Shown piece by piece: positions 30,265 to 41,073 of a stretch of DNA of 64,000 nt. Position numbers and translations under genes: made by a program. Under the pieces are notes generated by a model. It searched no databases and was not told where the DNA came from. It saw only the letters and a program-made list of their open reading frames with translations. Positions within the stretch are counted from its first letter, which is position 1. The number at the start of each line of letters is the position of its first letter. The DNA lies in assembly GCA_002502685.1 (NCBI GenBank), contig DAQA01000029.1, forward strand, positions 4,957 through 68,956. Reading direction: 5' to 3'. The stretch is from Euryarchaeota archaeon UBA202 (GTDB lineage: Archaea > Thermoplasmatota > E2 > UBA202).

Positions 30265-30460
30265 GGGGTGTAATAATTAATACTGTTATTAAGTCTTGTG
30301 TGAACCTTCAGGGAAAAAAATTTTTTCTCTACCCTTTCCTTGTCCAATGACCATAATACGCAGAACAATTTCTTTTTTCTTTATTGTCTCCTGGTCACCC
30401 CTCAAAAAAATAAGGAGTCTTTATAACCAATTTTTGCTATAGGTGCTATAGGTACAGTAC

Positions 30461-30976
30461 GTGAACCAAAAATGGATCAATGTCATGGTTGTTGCCATAA
30501 TCGTGGTAACACTCGCCTTTGGCTTCACCTGGATTATCCGAGAGGAACACAAATCCATCCAGGATCTACAATTGAGCCTTAGGGGCATCAAACTCATTGG
30601 TTTTAAATTCACCCCAGGAAGACTTTTACCCTCGGGTATGACCCTGGAAATGGCATTAGATGCCCATAATCCCAATGACCTAGATGTAGCCATCTATGAT
30701 CTTGAATATGGTGTATTTATCAACGATATATTTGTGGGGAACGGATCATTAAGTGAGAAAGAAAAGATTACTATCCCCCAAAATCAAACACGAGAAATCA
30801 CCATATCATATACTGCTAACCTAACCGTTCTTCCTGCGGTTGCCATCACAACCATACAAAATATTATCGATAAAGAAGAGAGTTATTGGGAAATCATTGG
30901 CATCGTCTATGTAGATACACCCCTAGGCAAGGACACATATCCCTTTTCATGGACCTATTCACCCCTAGATTCGTGA
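30461..30976 (+). CDS. Membrane-anchored LEA_2/NDR1-like (water-stress/Hin1-like) domain protein.
   Basis: N-terminal TM (VMVVAIIVVTLAFGFTWII) followed by a roughly 140-aa beta-rich domain. Weak family recognition. Confidence 0.3.
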   Translation: MNQKWINVMVVAIIVVTLAFGFTWIIREEHKSIQDLQLSLRGIKLIGFKFTPGRLLPSGMTLEMALDAHNPNDLDVAIYDLEYGVFINDIFVGNGSLSEKEKITIPQNQTREITISYTANLTVLPAVAITTIQNIIDKEESYWEIIGIVYVDTPLGKDTYPFSWTYSPLDS

Positions 30977-31023
30977 TAGATTTTTATAGCAACATAATAT
31001 TCTTTATTATGGTGATAAATGAT

Positions 31024-32931
31024 ATGAAAACCAAAATCCTTGTCATCCCGGTTTTAATAATTCTTCTGACAAGCACAATCACCCTTGCCCATAGAGACAT
31101 AAATGACACACAGGAACTCTCCCTAACACACCATTTTTCACCGCCCTTAATTACAGATGATGGAAACTCGGTAAGTATCTCCATACCTGAAGCCTCCTCA
31201 TGTGATTATACCCCGGGTGAGCCTCTTCTCCCTGTTCATACAGAAATACTACCTTTCCCCATAGGGACCCATATAACAAAAATCATGAGCGCCCCCAGCA
31301 CCATTCATACCGTATCTCTTCCAAAACAAATACAAAAAACCCCTGATCCTTTCTCCCTCACCACACATTATCCTTCCTCAAATCCAGGCACTACAGCACC
31401 AGTCACAGCTCCCTCTCCTGTTCAATGGTATAGCTTCCATTTGGGGATTGGAAGGCATGAAAACAATCCCACTCTTTTTCTATCCCTTACCGTGTACCCC
31501 TGTCAATATAACGCTTTAACCAACGAATTATACTATATACAGGACATAACCTTCTCTATCCAGTACACCACCCCCCAGGCCCTCCTGTCCCTTCCAGATG
31601 GCTATAATCTGCTTATCATTTCTCCTGTCCAGTTTCACACTGACCTTCAAAATTTAGTTTCCCATAAAGAAAGCCATGGCCTTAAAACCAAACTGGTGAC
31701 CACTGAAGAAATCTATACCGGTGACTATTTCCCGGTCATGGGTAGGGATGATGCAGAAAAAATCAAATATTTCATAAAAAACGCTCTTGAGGAATGGGGC
31801 ATTGATTACGTGCTCTTGGTTGGAGGGTTAACCTCACAAATAATGGGTGACACCTGGCACGCCCCCGTGAGATATTCACATCTTGTTACCACGGGTGGAT
31901 ATGGTGAAAAAAGCTACCTGACAGATCTTTATTTTGCAGATATATACAAAAGTGACGACCAGGGCAACCCGGTCTTTGATGACTGGGATTCAAATGGAAA
32001 TAATATATTTGCGGAATGGCCCCGGTTTGGCAGTAGGGATGAACTAGATTTGTACCCCGATGTCTATGTCGGCCGTCTTGCCTGTCGGAATACACAGGAG
32101 GTACAAACAGTCATAGACAAAATCAAAACCTATGAAAACACACAGGATCCATCATGGTTCAAGCGATTGGTGCTCGCCGGGGGAGACACCTTTAATGATC
32201 AAACGGGACATAACTATTATGAAGGAGAAATCTCCAATCAACGGGTCTTGGAGATCCTTTCCAGCTTTGAGGCACAACGTATCTGGTATACCCTAGATAA
32301 TTTTAAACAAAAAAATATTGTGGATGCCATTAGCAAGGGATGTGGATTCGTCCATCTTTCCGGTCACGGAAGCCCAGGTATGTGGATGGCTAAGGACTTC
32401 ACCGATGACCCCCAGGGGGAATACCTCTTGGGTCTGGATGTCTATCACATGCCTCAATTATCCAACAAGGACCAATACCCCATCGTGGTAATTGGAGGCT
32501 GCCATAACAGCTTGTTTAATGTCACCTTCCTGGGAAGCCTCATAGGTTGCATCAAATCACTCACTGGGTCCCCCACATGGTATTGGATGCCCATCCCTGA
32601 ATGTTTTGGGTGGTGGCTGGTCAAGCAGCCCCAGGGCGGTGCCATTGCAACTCTTGGTTGCACGGGTCTTGGTTTAGGAACAATTGGTGATTCCAACCAG
32701 GATGATATCCCTGATGCTCTCCAGTTTTTGCTAACATGGCTTGAACTTCGTTTTTTTGAGGCATATGCACAGGACAACATTACCATGTTAGGGCACACAT
32801 GGGGAACTGCCATAACTGACTATATCCATACCTTTGATTGTTATCGGGATAAAGGAGACCAAAAAACAGTGGAAGAATGGATTCTCCTCGGTGATCCCTC
32901 CCTTATGATAGGAGGATATCCCATCTGCTAG
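31024..32931 (+). CDS. Secreted clan-CD cysteine peptidase, C25 gingipain-like. The ORF extends to 30886; the likely start is MKTKIL at 31024.
   Basis: Signal peptide MKTKILVIPVLIILLTSTITLA. His GFVHLSGHGSPGMW and Cys IVVIGGCHNSLFN. YVLLVGG and PDVYVGRLACRN are shared with 4781..6616. Confidence 0.65.
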   Translation: MKTKILVIPVLIILLTSTITLAHRDINDTQELSLTHHFSPPLITDDGNSVSISIPEASSCDYTPGEPLLPVHTEILPFPIGTHITKIMSAPSTIHTVSLPKQIQKTPDPFSLTTHYPSSNPGTTAPVTAPSPVQWYSFHLGIGRHENNPTLFLSLTVYPCQYNALTNELYYIQDITFSIQYTTPQALLSLPDGYNLLIISPVQFHTDLQNLVSHKESHGLKTKLVTTEEIYTGDYFPVMGRDDAEKIKYFIKNALEEWGIDYVLLVGGLTSQIMGDTWHAPVRYSHLVTTGGYGEKSYLTDLYFADIYKSDDQGNPVFDDWDSNGNNIFAEWPRFGSRDELDLYPDVYVGRLACRNTQEVQTVIDKIKTYENTQDPSWFKRLVLAGGDTFNDQTGHNYYEGEISNQRVLEILSSFEAQRIWYTLDNFKQKNIVDAISKGCGFVHLSGHGSPGMWMAKDFTDDPQGEYLLGLDVYHMPQLSNKDQYPIVVIGGCHNSLFNVTFLGSLIGCIKSLTGSPTWYWMPIPECFGWWLVKQPQGGAIATLGCTGLGLGTIGDSNQDDIPDALQFLLTWLELRFFEAYAQDNITMLGHTWGTAITDYIHTFDCYRDKGDQKTVEEWILLGDPSLMIGGYPIC

Positions 32932-33087
32932 CTTGAGTTTCTGCATTAGATCATTACTTCTCTATGCAACATCAAACTTCTCCAATGCCGATGTTGCTAG
33001 AGGATGAAATAGACCAAAGATTCACACGAGTCCCCCTTTTTAATTATTTCCTAAAAACTTATTTACTCTATTGATATTCCACTATGG

Positions 33088-33480
33088 GTGCTTGAAATGA
33101 AACAAGTTTCTGAGGTACGCCAATTAAAGGTCAACCGGTACATTATAATTGATGATGAACCCTGTAAAATTGTCTCCATTACCACCTCAAAGCCAGGGAA
33201 ACATGGTGAGGCAAAGGCACGCATTGAAGCAATAGGGATATTTGATGAACAAAAAAGGAGTGTTGTTCATCCTGTTCGTCATAAGGTACAGGTTCCCATC
33301 ATTGATAAAAGAACAGCACAAGTTGTGGCCCTCATGGGTGACCAAGTTCAGCTCATGGATATGGATACCTATGAAACTTTTGAGATGAACATCCCGGAAG
33401 ATTTCAAGGGGCAACTTAATGCTGGAGAAGAAATTCAATATCTCTCAACCCTTGGAAAAATGAAGATTACCCGGGTATGA
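33088..33480 (+). CDS. eif5a: Translation initiation factor 5A (aIF5A), hypusine-containing.
   Basis: Hypusination loop TSKPGKHGEAKAR and an OB-fold C-terminus. Archaeal/eukaryotic marker. Confidence 0.9.
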   Translation: MLEMKQVSEVRQLKVNRYIIIDDEPCKIVSITTSKPGKHGEAKARIEAIGIFDEQKRSVVHPVRHKVQVPIIDKRTAQVVALMGDQVQLMDMDTYETFEMNIPEDFKGQLNAGEEIQYLSTLGKMKITRV

Positions 33481-34310
33481 AATTTCCCTCTTTTTTTGCT
33501 GATGCTGAAGAAAGTTTCGGCGATGCTGAGTATATTATCGTGGGGGCACCATATGAGGATGCCAGTCCCTCATTTCGAGAGGGTACACAGTCTGCCCCTG
33601 ACGCCATAAGAGAGGCGTCATGGAATTTTGAAACCTACAATCTTTTTAATCACATGGACTTACAAGATATTAAGGTACATGACTTTGGTAATATCGATGA
33701 TCTAGAATCACTCCGGAAACTTGTGAAGAGGGCTTTGGAGAATAAAAAGAAAATTATTACAATAGGGGGCAGCCATTCTATCACCCCTCACGTGGTGTTG
33801 CCTATTTCAATATCTTATCCCCATATGGGTGTTCTAGTCATGGATGCCCATCTTGATTACCGGGATACCTATCAAGGCAACCCTGCAAGTCATGCCTGTG
33901 CCATAAGACGGATTTCTGAGATTGTAGGCATTGATCATGTAGCTGTTATCGGCATCAGATCTGGATGTAAAGAAGAAAAAATCAAGAGTGAAGCAGACGG
34001 CTTATCCTATTATACACCTTGTGATGTGACACGATTGAGTATAAAGAGAATTCTAAAAAAATTAGATTTTGACCATGTCTATCTAAGTATTGATATGGAT
34101 GCTGTTGATCCTTCCTATGCACCCGGTGTCTCGACACCTGAGCCGTTTGGCTTATGTGCAACTGATGTCTTGCAGATCATTAGGAAGATTGCCCCAAGGG
34201 TAATAGGAATGGATATTATGGAAGTCTGTCCCTCATATGACACAGGCAATACAGCAATACTTGCGGCTAAATTCATAAGAGAATATATCACCTGGAATAA
34301 TAAAAATTAA
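33477..34310 (+). CDS. speB: Agmatinase / arginase-family ureohydrolase.
   Basis: Mn-ligand motifs GGSHSIT, MDAHLDYRD, SIDMDAVDPSYAPGVSTPEPFG. Start overlaps the aIF5A stop. Confidence 0.8.
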   Translation: MKFPSFFADAEESFGDAEYIIVGAPYEDASPSFREGTQSAPDAIREASWNFETYNLFNHMDLQDIKVHDFGNIDDLESLRKLVKRALENKKKIITIGGSHSITPHVVLPISISYPHMGVLVMDAHLDYRDTYQGNPASHACAIRRISEIVGIDHVAVIGIRSGCKEEKIKSEADGLSYYTPCDVTRLSIKRILKKLDFDHVYLSIDMDAVDPSYAPGVSTPEPFGLCATDVLQIIRKIAPRVIGMDIMEVCPSYDTGNTAILAAKFIREYITWNNKN

Positions 34311-34873
34311 ATCATCTCCAAAAAATATTTGTGTATCCGTACATCCTCACCCAGTTCAGGGTGAAAGACAACCGCCAAAAAATGTTTGTCTTGAGCCATG
34401 ACAATCTTGTCATCAATCCATGCAAGGGGCTGACAGTTATTCCATACTCGACGTATTACAGGAGCGCGAATGAAAATACCGGGAAAGAATCCTTTGAATC
34501 CCTGTATTTTAAGGGGGGATTGAAATGAATATCGCTGGCGACCAAAAGCATTCCTTTCCACTTCCATATCCATGACCCCCAGTGTTTTAACCCCTTCAGT
34601 TTTCTGGGCCAATAAAATGCAGCCAGCGCATGTCCCCATAATCGGAAGAGAGGATGCCCTGGCCTCGATGTCCGTAAACAGACCTGATTTCAGTAAAAGA
34701 TGGGAAATGGTGGTGCTTTCCCCCCCGGGTATAATGAGCCCATCAAGGGAAGGAAGTTTGGTTTTAACGGGGATAGCCTCCCCTTTGATGTTAAGGTCAG
34801 CCAATGCATTTTTGACAGCCTGGATGTGTTCAGTGACGGCGCCTTGAAGGGCAACTACTCCGATTTTGATCAT
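34307..34873 (-). CDS. pdxT: Pyridoxal 5'-phosphate synthase glutaminase subunit PdxT (class I glutamine amidotransferase).
   Basis: MIKIGVVALQGAVTEHI... catalytic GTCAGCILLA. About 188 aa. Confidence 0.75.
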   Translation of the reverse strand: MIKIGVVALQGAVTEHIQAVKNALADLNIKGEAIPVKTKLPSLDGLIIPGGESTTISHLLLKSGLFTDIEARASSLPIMGTCAGCILLAQKTEGVKTLGVMDMEVERNAFGRQRYSFQSPLKIQGFKGFFPGIFIRAPVIRRVWNNCQPLAWIDDKIVMAQDKHFLAVVFHPELGEDVRIHKYFLEMI

Positions 34874-35388
34874 AAAAATTCATTTAGAGCACAGTGGCAT
34901 AGTTTTTCTAGTTTGTTGTGTAGTTTTTTCAGTCGGTCTGCTCCCCTGTCATGGCCTTTTTTTTGAAAACGATGAATAAGAGTATTAATATCTGTAATGC
35001 CACAGAGATTATCGGCATGGGCCACGATTTCTTCTTCAAGTGTGTTGGGTATATAGTCTTTCTTAGGAAGACCAAGAGTCATTGCTTCTTCCTTGTCTAT
35101 CCCGGCACCTATATGATGTTCAATCAGGGATACCACCGTGGGGGGAAATCCTTGCTGTTGGGCAATTTTTGCTCCTTCAATTGCATGACGGATTCCCTGT
35201 GTCTGGCTTCGCCCGATGTCGTGAAGGAGTGCACCCATGGCCACAAGGTCCTTGTCGACCGTTACTCCTGCATCCTCAAGTTTTTTGACGATTTTCATGG
35301 CAATCTCATACACTCTTTGGGAATGTGTAATCACCTCTGTGGAACATCCAGCCTCAGAGAGCATCCTGAGATATTTTTTATGGTTCAT
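34870..35388 (-). CDS. HD/HDIG-domain metal-dependent phosphohydrolase.
   Basis: H...HD motif context AMGALLHDIGRS...HH. Confidence 0.55.
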   Translation of the reverse strand: MNHKKYLRMLSEAGCSTEVITHSQRVYEIAMKIVKKLEDAGVTVDKDLVAMGALLHDIGRSQTQGIRHAIEGAKIAQQQGFPPTVVSLIEHHIGAGIDKEEAMTLGLPKKDYIPNTLEEEIVAHADNLCGITDINTLIHRFQKKGHDRGADRLKKLHNKLEKLCHCALNEFL

Positions 35389-35825
35389 AGTCTTTTGGTT
35401 AATCTATCAAGAAATATGGCCAGGGCGGCAACCTCCGAATGCGGCTGGTGCCCTATGGCAACATTGAAATCAGAAAGGTGATAAAAATCTCCAGGGACTT
35501 TTTTTGATCCTACAATTACCAAGATATCCGTTGCTTTTTTTATCTCATGGACAACCTCGCCGAGTTCTGTCCCATACATGGTCAAATGAACAATAAGTCC
35601 CCTCCATTTACAAAAACATTTTCTCCATTGCACACCGGTTCTAATCCGAAATTCTCCTCCAAAACGCTGGACAACATCAGTAATTGTGTCCTCAAGCTCC
35701 GAGCTTTTTGTATCTATGAGTATCTCTTTTGCCCCCAGGGCCCGTGCCACTAGTGCGACATGTGTTGTGATTCGTTTATCCCGGTCTGGCCGATGGCCAT
35801 ATCTAAAAACAGTGATGTTTACCAT
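35385..35825 (-). CDS. trm56: tRNA (cytidine56-2'-O)-methyltransferase aTrm56 (SPOUT).
   Basis: VFRYGHRPDRDKRITTHVALVARALGA ... NVAIGHQPHSEVAALAIFLDRL closely matches Pyrococcus aTrm56. Confidence 0.8.
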   Translation of the reverse strand: MVNITVFRYGHRPDRDKRITTHVALVARALGAKEILIDTKSSELEDTITDVVQRFGGEFRIRTGVQWRKCFCKWRGLIVHLTMYGTELGEVVHEIKKATDILVIVGSKKVPGDFYHLSDFNVAIGHQPHSEVAALAIFLDRLTKRL

Positions 35826-35992
35826 GATCTTACTTAGATGATAAAGAAAAATGAATGTTTACCCGGCTGTATTTCCTGTTTCTTCTTTTATACATGGATA
35901 CATCTTGTGGATAAGATTTTTTGTTAGTTTCTTTTTGTATCATGATTACGTATCTATAAAAAAATTATGGTTAATTCCTTGATATCCTACGG

Positions 35993-36502
35993 TTATATTT
36001 TTTCTATCATCATCCCTTTATAGACAAGGCGATCTGATCGTTTCACGATTGCTTTGAGTTTAACCGGGGAAAGATGATATTGAATCTCCACTTCCCGTCC
36101 CATTTTTCCTGTTCCAATCCAGTCATAGATTTTTTTCTCTATTTCACTAAATTCTTTATCATCCAGGCGTGCAACGGCAAATGCATCACTGATTTTGTCA
36201 ATGCTAGATACGATTCTGATGTGAAACGAGTTATAGTTTGCCCGATATTCCTTTTTAGGTTTTTCATCTTCAGGCATAGCCCATCGTGTTTCAACAAGTT
36301 TGATTTTTTCAAAATAGGATAAAGCTTCAATGCCCTCATCACCAAATTTTTCCACTATGGAATCAATTGTTTTCCATTCTGATAAAATCTCATTAAAAAC
36401 CTTCTTTTTTAAATCAGTATCAAATCCTCGTAATAGCCACACTAAATCAGTTACTTCATTAATTAGTTTAGCATGAGCCATTATGTTGTTATCGTATATC
36501 AA
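35993..36502 (-). CDS. Hypothetical protein (169 aa).
   Basis: ORF only; no motif recognised. Confidence 0.3.
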   Translation of the reverse strand: MIYDNNIMAHAKLINEVTDLVWLLRGFDTDLKKKVFNEILSEWKTIDSIVEKFGDEGIEALSYFEKIKLVETRWAMPEDEKPKKEYRANYNSFHIRIVSSIDKISDAFAVARLDDKEFSEIEKKIYDWIGTGKMGREVEIQYHLSPVKLKAIVKRSDRLVYKGMMIEKI

Positions 36503-36940
36503 TTTAAAATTCTATTGGTATCCGTAATTATCTATAAAACCTGCAACACCCCCGGTTATACCCTGGGTTCCCATAACTATTTTCATGGTCATCCCTCATA
36601 GAGAAAAAGAAATGAATAGAATGGTAAAAAGCAGGAAAAAAACAATCAAATAAAAATATATCAATCCAGCCAGTGCATCGTACCAAAGGATTAGCATAAG
36701 AAGGAAGGGATGTAGTGCCCCAAAAACAGATAGTTTCAATTTTTATTTTGTCCAATTATCAAATCCAAAAAAGTGCCAATATGATAATGCCCAATATTAC
36801 AAAATTACATAGAAAACAAACCGTTCTTTGGTTATCTAGTGCCCTTATCACATGTCAAGAAAAAAATATATTTACAGGATTCATGTCGCAACTGGAAATA
36901 ATTAAATATAAAATCTGCCATAGATAATACAGGATTTCAT

Positions 36941-37864
36941 ATGGGAAAAGGTAAAGGGTTTGGAAAAGTCATTTTATTCAATGAACATTTTGTGGTCTAT
37001 GGCATACCTTCCATTGTTTCAGCAATTGATCTAAAGACAACAGCGGTAGTGGAAAAACATACAAAAAATCAAGTGATACTAGATGATCAAAGACCTGCCA
37101 CAAAAGGGTACAAAGAGGAAAAAAAGAAACACCGGAAGGAATCACTCAATCGTATATTAAAAAAAATGGAGAAAGAAAATCATCCTTTAAAAATCACCCT
37201 GGGAGGTAACCTGGTGGCAGCAAGTGGTATTGGTGCCAGTGCAGCCTCATGTGTAGCAATTGCTCGGGCTATAAATGAGGAATTCAACATGGAGCTCACT
37301 GAAGAAGAGATTAACGCCGTAGCCTTCGAGGGCGAAAAGGGATATCATGGATCTCCTTCAGGGGTGGATAATACCGCCGCCACCTATGGTGGTCTTATCT
37401 GGTTTAAAAAAGGGGCTCCTGATGTCATGGAACGTTTGAAGATAAAGACCCCTCTTGGGATTGTCATGGGGAATACTGGGGTGGTCGCCAATACAAAACT
37501 AGCTGTAAAAAATGTTCGCCAAAAAAAAGAGAAATATCCCTGCCTCTATGAAAAAATTTTTACCCATGCAGAACAAGTTGTTGAGCACGCAAAGGAGGCC
37601 CTCATGTCATATAATCTTACAGAGCTAGGGGAATGTATGAACAAAAATCATAGCCTTCTACAAAAAATAGCTGTATCAAATAAAAACCTGGATTTTTTGG
37701 TACAATTAGCCCGGGAAACAGGAGCCTTGGGAGCAAAATTAACAGGGGGAGGATTGGGGGGCTACATGGTGGCCTTAACTCCCGGGAGTACTCTTCAGGA
37801 AAAGGTAGCCCGAGCCATCACTCGTGAAGGATTTTATGCCCTTAAAACCCGGATAGGTGTTTAA
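36941..37864 (+). CDS. mvk: Mevalonate kinase (GHMP kinase).
   Basis: N-terminal GKVILFNEHFVVYG. ATP-loop GGNLVAASGIGASAASCVA. C-terminal GAKLTGGGLGG. Confidence 0.85.
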   Translation: MGKGKGFGKVILFNEHFVVYGIPSIVSAIDLKTTAVVEKHTKNQVILDDQRPATKGYKEEKKKHRKESLNRILKKMEKENHPLKITLGGNLVAASGIGASAASCVAIARAINEEFNMELTEEEINAVAFEGEKGYHGSPSGVDNTAATYGGLIWFKKGAPDVMERLKIKTPLGIVMGNTGVVANTKLAVKNVRQKKEKYPCLYEKIFTHAEQVVEHAKEALMSYNLTELGECMNKNHSLLQKIAVSNKNLDFLVQLARETGALGAKLTGGGLGGYMVALTPGSTLQEKVARAITREGFYALKTRIGV

Positions 37865-39139
37865 ATGAATCTAGGAGATTTTGTAAAGGAACTACGTAAA
37901 AAAGATATGATAAAAACGATTCATAAAGAAGTGGACGTGCAATATGAAATTGCAACGATATTAAAGCAACTTGATGGTACTCCTCTTTATTTTGACAAAG
38001 TAAAAGGTTTTTCAATGCCTGTTGTGGGAAATATTTGTTCCACACGAGAATTAGTCTCTCTAGGGTTGCAAATCAAAAAAGAAGACATTATCCCTCATCT
38101 TTCACAGGCGATTGCCCATCCCCGGGATCCCGTTGTTACTCAGCCCAAGAATTATCATCAGATATCGCCTGATTTGTCAAATCTCCCTATTTTGACATAT
38201 TATCCCTTCGATGGAGGCCCCTATATCGCCTCTGCAGTCATTGTTGCAGATGACGCTGATTACGGTTTAAATGCCTCATATCACCGATTGATGGTCATTG
38301 GTCATGATAAAATCGTCATGAGGATCCTCCCGCGTCATTTCCATGAATATCTCACACGGGGTTTACAGGAATTTGCTATCTGTATTGGTAATTCCATCCC
38401 GGTTTTACTGGCATCAGCAGTGTCAACATCCATTCAGGTTAGTGAACTTAGTATAGCAAATGCATTACTTGAAGAACCCCTTATTGAGCTTGATGGCCAC
38501 CGGGTTCCTGAATCCGAGATAGTGATGATCGCTGAGATGACCGAAGAGAAACATGAGGAAGGGCCTTTTTTGGACTTAACCGAAACACCAGATATTGTCA
38601 GGCAACAACAAGTAGCACAAATAAAAAAGACATATGTTAAGGAAAAACCTGTTTTTCATGCTCTTTTACCCGGGGGTCTTGAACATAAAGTTTTAATGGG
38701 AATGCCCCGGGAACCAACGATTTATAATGAGGTCAATCAGGTGTGTCATTGCAATGATGTTTTCATAACACCCGGTGGTTGCTCCTGGCTTCACGGAGTT
38801 GTAGGCATCACCAAGCATCATCCTGATGATAGCAAAAAGGCCATAGAGGCGGCATTCAAGGGGCATAACTCCATGAAACATGTCTTTGTTGTGGATGATG
38901 ACATAAACATACATGATCCCAATGAGGTTGAATGGGCAATGGCCACCCGATTCCAGGGGGACAAAGATATGATTATTAGACAAGAAAAAGGGTCTTCCCT
39001 TGATCCATCCTCCGATCTTGAAACACGACAAACTACCAAAATTGGCTTTGATCTTACCATCCCCTGGGGTCAAGATCCTAAAAAATTTAAAAAGCCGGAA
39101 TTATCGCTGGCAATCAAGGCAGATGACTACCTAGATTGA
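37865..39139 (+). CDS. UbiD-family (prFMN-dependent) decarboxylase. A candidate trans-anhydromevalonate-5-phosphate decarboxylase of the archaeal alternative mevalonate pathway.
   Basis: UbiD-fold length (424 aa). Position immediately after mvk and upstream of the aconitase-X dehydratase/IPK genes. Confidence 0.6.
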   Translation: MNLGDFVKELRKKDMIKTIHKEVDVQYEIATILKQLDGTPLYFDKVKGFSMPVVGNICSTRELVSLGLQIKKEDIIPHLSQAIAHPRDPVVTQPKNYHQISPDLSNLPILTYYPFDGGPYIASAVIVADDADYGLNASYHRLMVIGHDKIVMRILPRHFHEYLTRGLQEFAICIGNSIPVLLASAVSTSIQVSELSIANALLEEPLIELDGHRVPESEIVMIAEMTEEKHEEGPFLDLTETPDIVRQQQVAQIKKTYVKEKPVFHALLPGGLEHKVLMGMPREPTIYNEVNQVCHCNDVFITPGGCSWLHGVVGITKHHPDDSKKAIEAAFKGHNSMKHVFVVDDDINIHDPNEVEWAMATRFQGDKDMIIRQEKGSSLDPSSDLETRQTTKIGFDLTIPWGQDPKKFKKPELSLAIKADDYLD

Positions 39140-39155
39140 GCATAATCAGGGCACC

Positions 39156-40352
39156 ATGATCCCTGGGGGAAAAGAGAAAAGGATGATGCCATGTTATGCT
39201 GTTATTGGGGCTGGCCGCCAGGGTATTGCAGCAGCCTATGATCTAGCAAAATTTGGGAAACCTGACGGTCTTATCCTTATTGATAAAAATACTGAGATCT
39301 TACGGGAGGCAACAGATCACCTCAATTCGTTACTGGGTTCATCATTGGTTTCGTATAGTACAGCAGATGCTTCAAATATCTCCCAGCTTACCCATACCCT
39401 CAAGGGGGTTACAACCTTGATAAGTGCTGTCCCCTACACCCTTAATCTAGGCATTACTGATGTGGCCCTTGCCAAGGGTATTAACATGTTTGACATGGGG
39501 GGAAATACATACATTGTTCAGCAACAGTTACAAAGAGATAAGGAAGCAAAAGATAGCGATATTACCCTTGTTCCTGATTGTGGCATGGGGCCAGGTATGA
39601 ATATCTCCCTAGCCACCTATGCCATGTCATTAATAGATAGCCCTACAGAAGTCTATATATGGGATGGAGGCTTACCGCAACAACCAACCCCTCCGTGGAA
39701 CTATCTTTTATCCTTTAACATTGGCGGGTTAACTAATGAATATCATGGGCATGCCTATTTCCTCAGACAAGGAACAGTTGTTAAAGTACCCTGTTTTACA
39801 GGATATGAAAAAATAGATTTTCCTCCAGTTGGGCGACTAGAGGCCTTTGTTACCTCTGGTGGCTTGTCAACTATGCCTTGGACATTTCAGGGAATACTTA
39901 CAACTCTTGAAAATAAAACTCTTCGATATCCTGGACATTGGGCCTCCTTCAAAGCCTTTGCAGATCTTGGATTATTAAGCCTTACTCCTATCACGGTAGG
40001 CAAAAATCAAATTGTCCCAAGAGATCTATTCCATGCCCTATTGGAACCAAAAATTATCCAACCAATAATCCATGATATTGCCCTGATAAGAATAAACTGC
40101 CGGGGGGCCAAGAATGAAAATCCAGCCTTGGTTAATATTGAACTCATCGATTCCTATAATCACCAAACTGGCTTTATGGCTATGCAACGGGTCACTGGTT
40201 GGCATGCATCCATCTTGGCTATTCTTGCCGCTCAAGGAAAACTGCCCCCTGGAGCTATACCCGTAGAATCAGTTGCTCCGGGAGTCACTATCGTTAATGA
40301 AGCACGTAAAAGAGGATTTATCATACACGAGGAAGTTAAAACTTATCTATAA
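39156..40352 (+). CDS. Saccharopine-dehydrogenase-like NAD(P)-binding oxidoreductase family protein.
   Basis: Rossmann N-terminus CYAVIGAGRQGIAAAYDL and an Sacchrp_dh-like length. Confidence 0.45.
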   Translation: MIPGGKEKRMMPCYAVIGAGRQGIAAAYDLAKFGKPDGLILIDKNTEILREATDHLNSLLGSSLVSYSTADASNISQLTHTLKGVTTLISAVPYTLNLGITDVALAKGINMFDMGGNTYIVQQQLQRDKEAKDSDITLVPDCGMGPGMNISLATYAMSLIDSPTEVYIWDGGLPQQPTPPWNYLLSFNIGGLTNEYHGHAYFLRQGTVVKVPCFTGYEKIDFPPVGRLEAFVTSGGLSTMPWTFQGILTTLENKTLRYPGHWASFKAFADLGLLSLTPITVGKNQIVPRDLFHALLEPKIIQPIIHDIALIRINCRGAKNENPALVNIELIDSYNHQTGFMAMQRVTGWHASILAILAAQGKLPPGAIPVESVAPGVTIVNEARKRGFIIHEEVKTYL

Positions 40353-40448
40353 CCCTTATTTTTTCTTGTGCCCCCTCCACGTTTTCTCTTTTCTTCCTTT
40401 TATGTTATCATAAATACTGATGTGGCTGTAGTAACACACTGCTGCAGA

Positions 40449-40910
40449 CTAGTTTCTTTCCTGATTAGTGTTATCCCTTTGGATATTTTTGTGAAGCGTC
40501 ATCTCAAGCAAACCCATTTTGTTTTTTTTTCTTCTGATTTTGATTCCATCCAGTTTTTTAAGAGCAATTTCATTGACCACAGTGGCTTCTCCGTCCATAA
40601 GATGTCCTCCCTTGAGTTGATGATTTTGGTCAGCCACGGCCGCATGAAGATGACACACCACCTCATTTGATTCCTGTAGCCGGGCGATGTTTCCTTGCAG
40701 TGAGACTAACTCTACAGGATCTTTGATATGTTCCTTTACATAGTTTTTTCCATTAAAATAGCCAATAGTGGTATTTTTAAGCATTCCTATACCTGAAATA
40801 ACAAGGGCAGAATCAAAGCAATTATCATCCATTAAGGATGATAAATTTGTGATAATATGTCCCTCACTAAATTTTACCATTATTAAATCTTTTTCTTCCT
40901 GTATCTCCAT
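40449..40910 (-). CDS. PPC/DUF296-domain protein.
   Basis: GIGMLKNTTIGYF...ELVSLQGNIA...VCHLHAAVADQNHQLKGGHL matches DUF296. Confidence 0.5.
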   Translation of the reverse strand: MEIQEEKDLIMVKFSEGHIITNLSSLMDDNCFDSALVISGIGMLKNTTIGYFNGKNYVKEHIKDPVELVSLQGNIARLQESNEVVCHLHAAVADQNHQLKGGHLMDGEATVVNEIALKKLDGIKIRRKKNKMGLLEMTLHKNIQRDNTNQERN

Positions 40911-41073
40911 GTAATACCTCTCTTTTCTTTCTATGGCATACGTACCTTATTTTTTTTTCTTATGTTTTCCCTTGTTTTGATGCAGGGAGGCTTCCTCATG
41001 ATCTTTGGGATGATATATGCCAAGGGTAAAGGTAATAAATTATTATATTTATACCATCCCTAACCGTGGTATC

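Noticed and set aside
40368-40670. 100-aa plus-strand ORF overlapping the DUF296 gene.
   Set aside because: The opposite-strand 153-aa ORF carries clear DUF296/PPC motifs. The plus-strand ORF has none.
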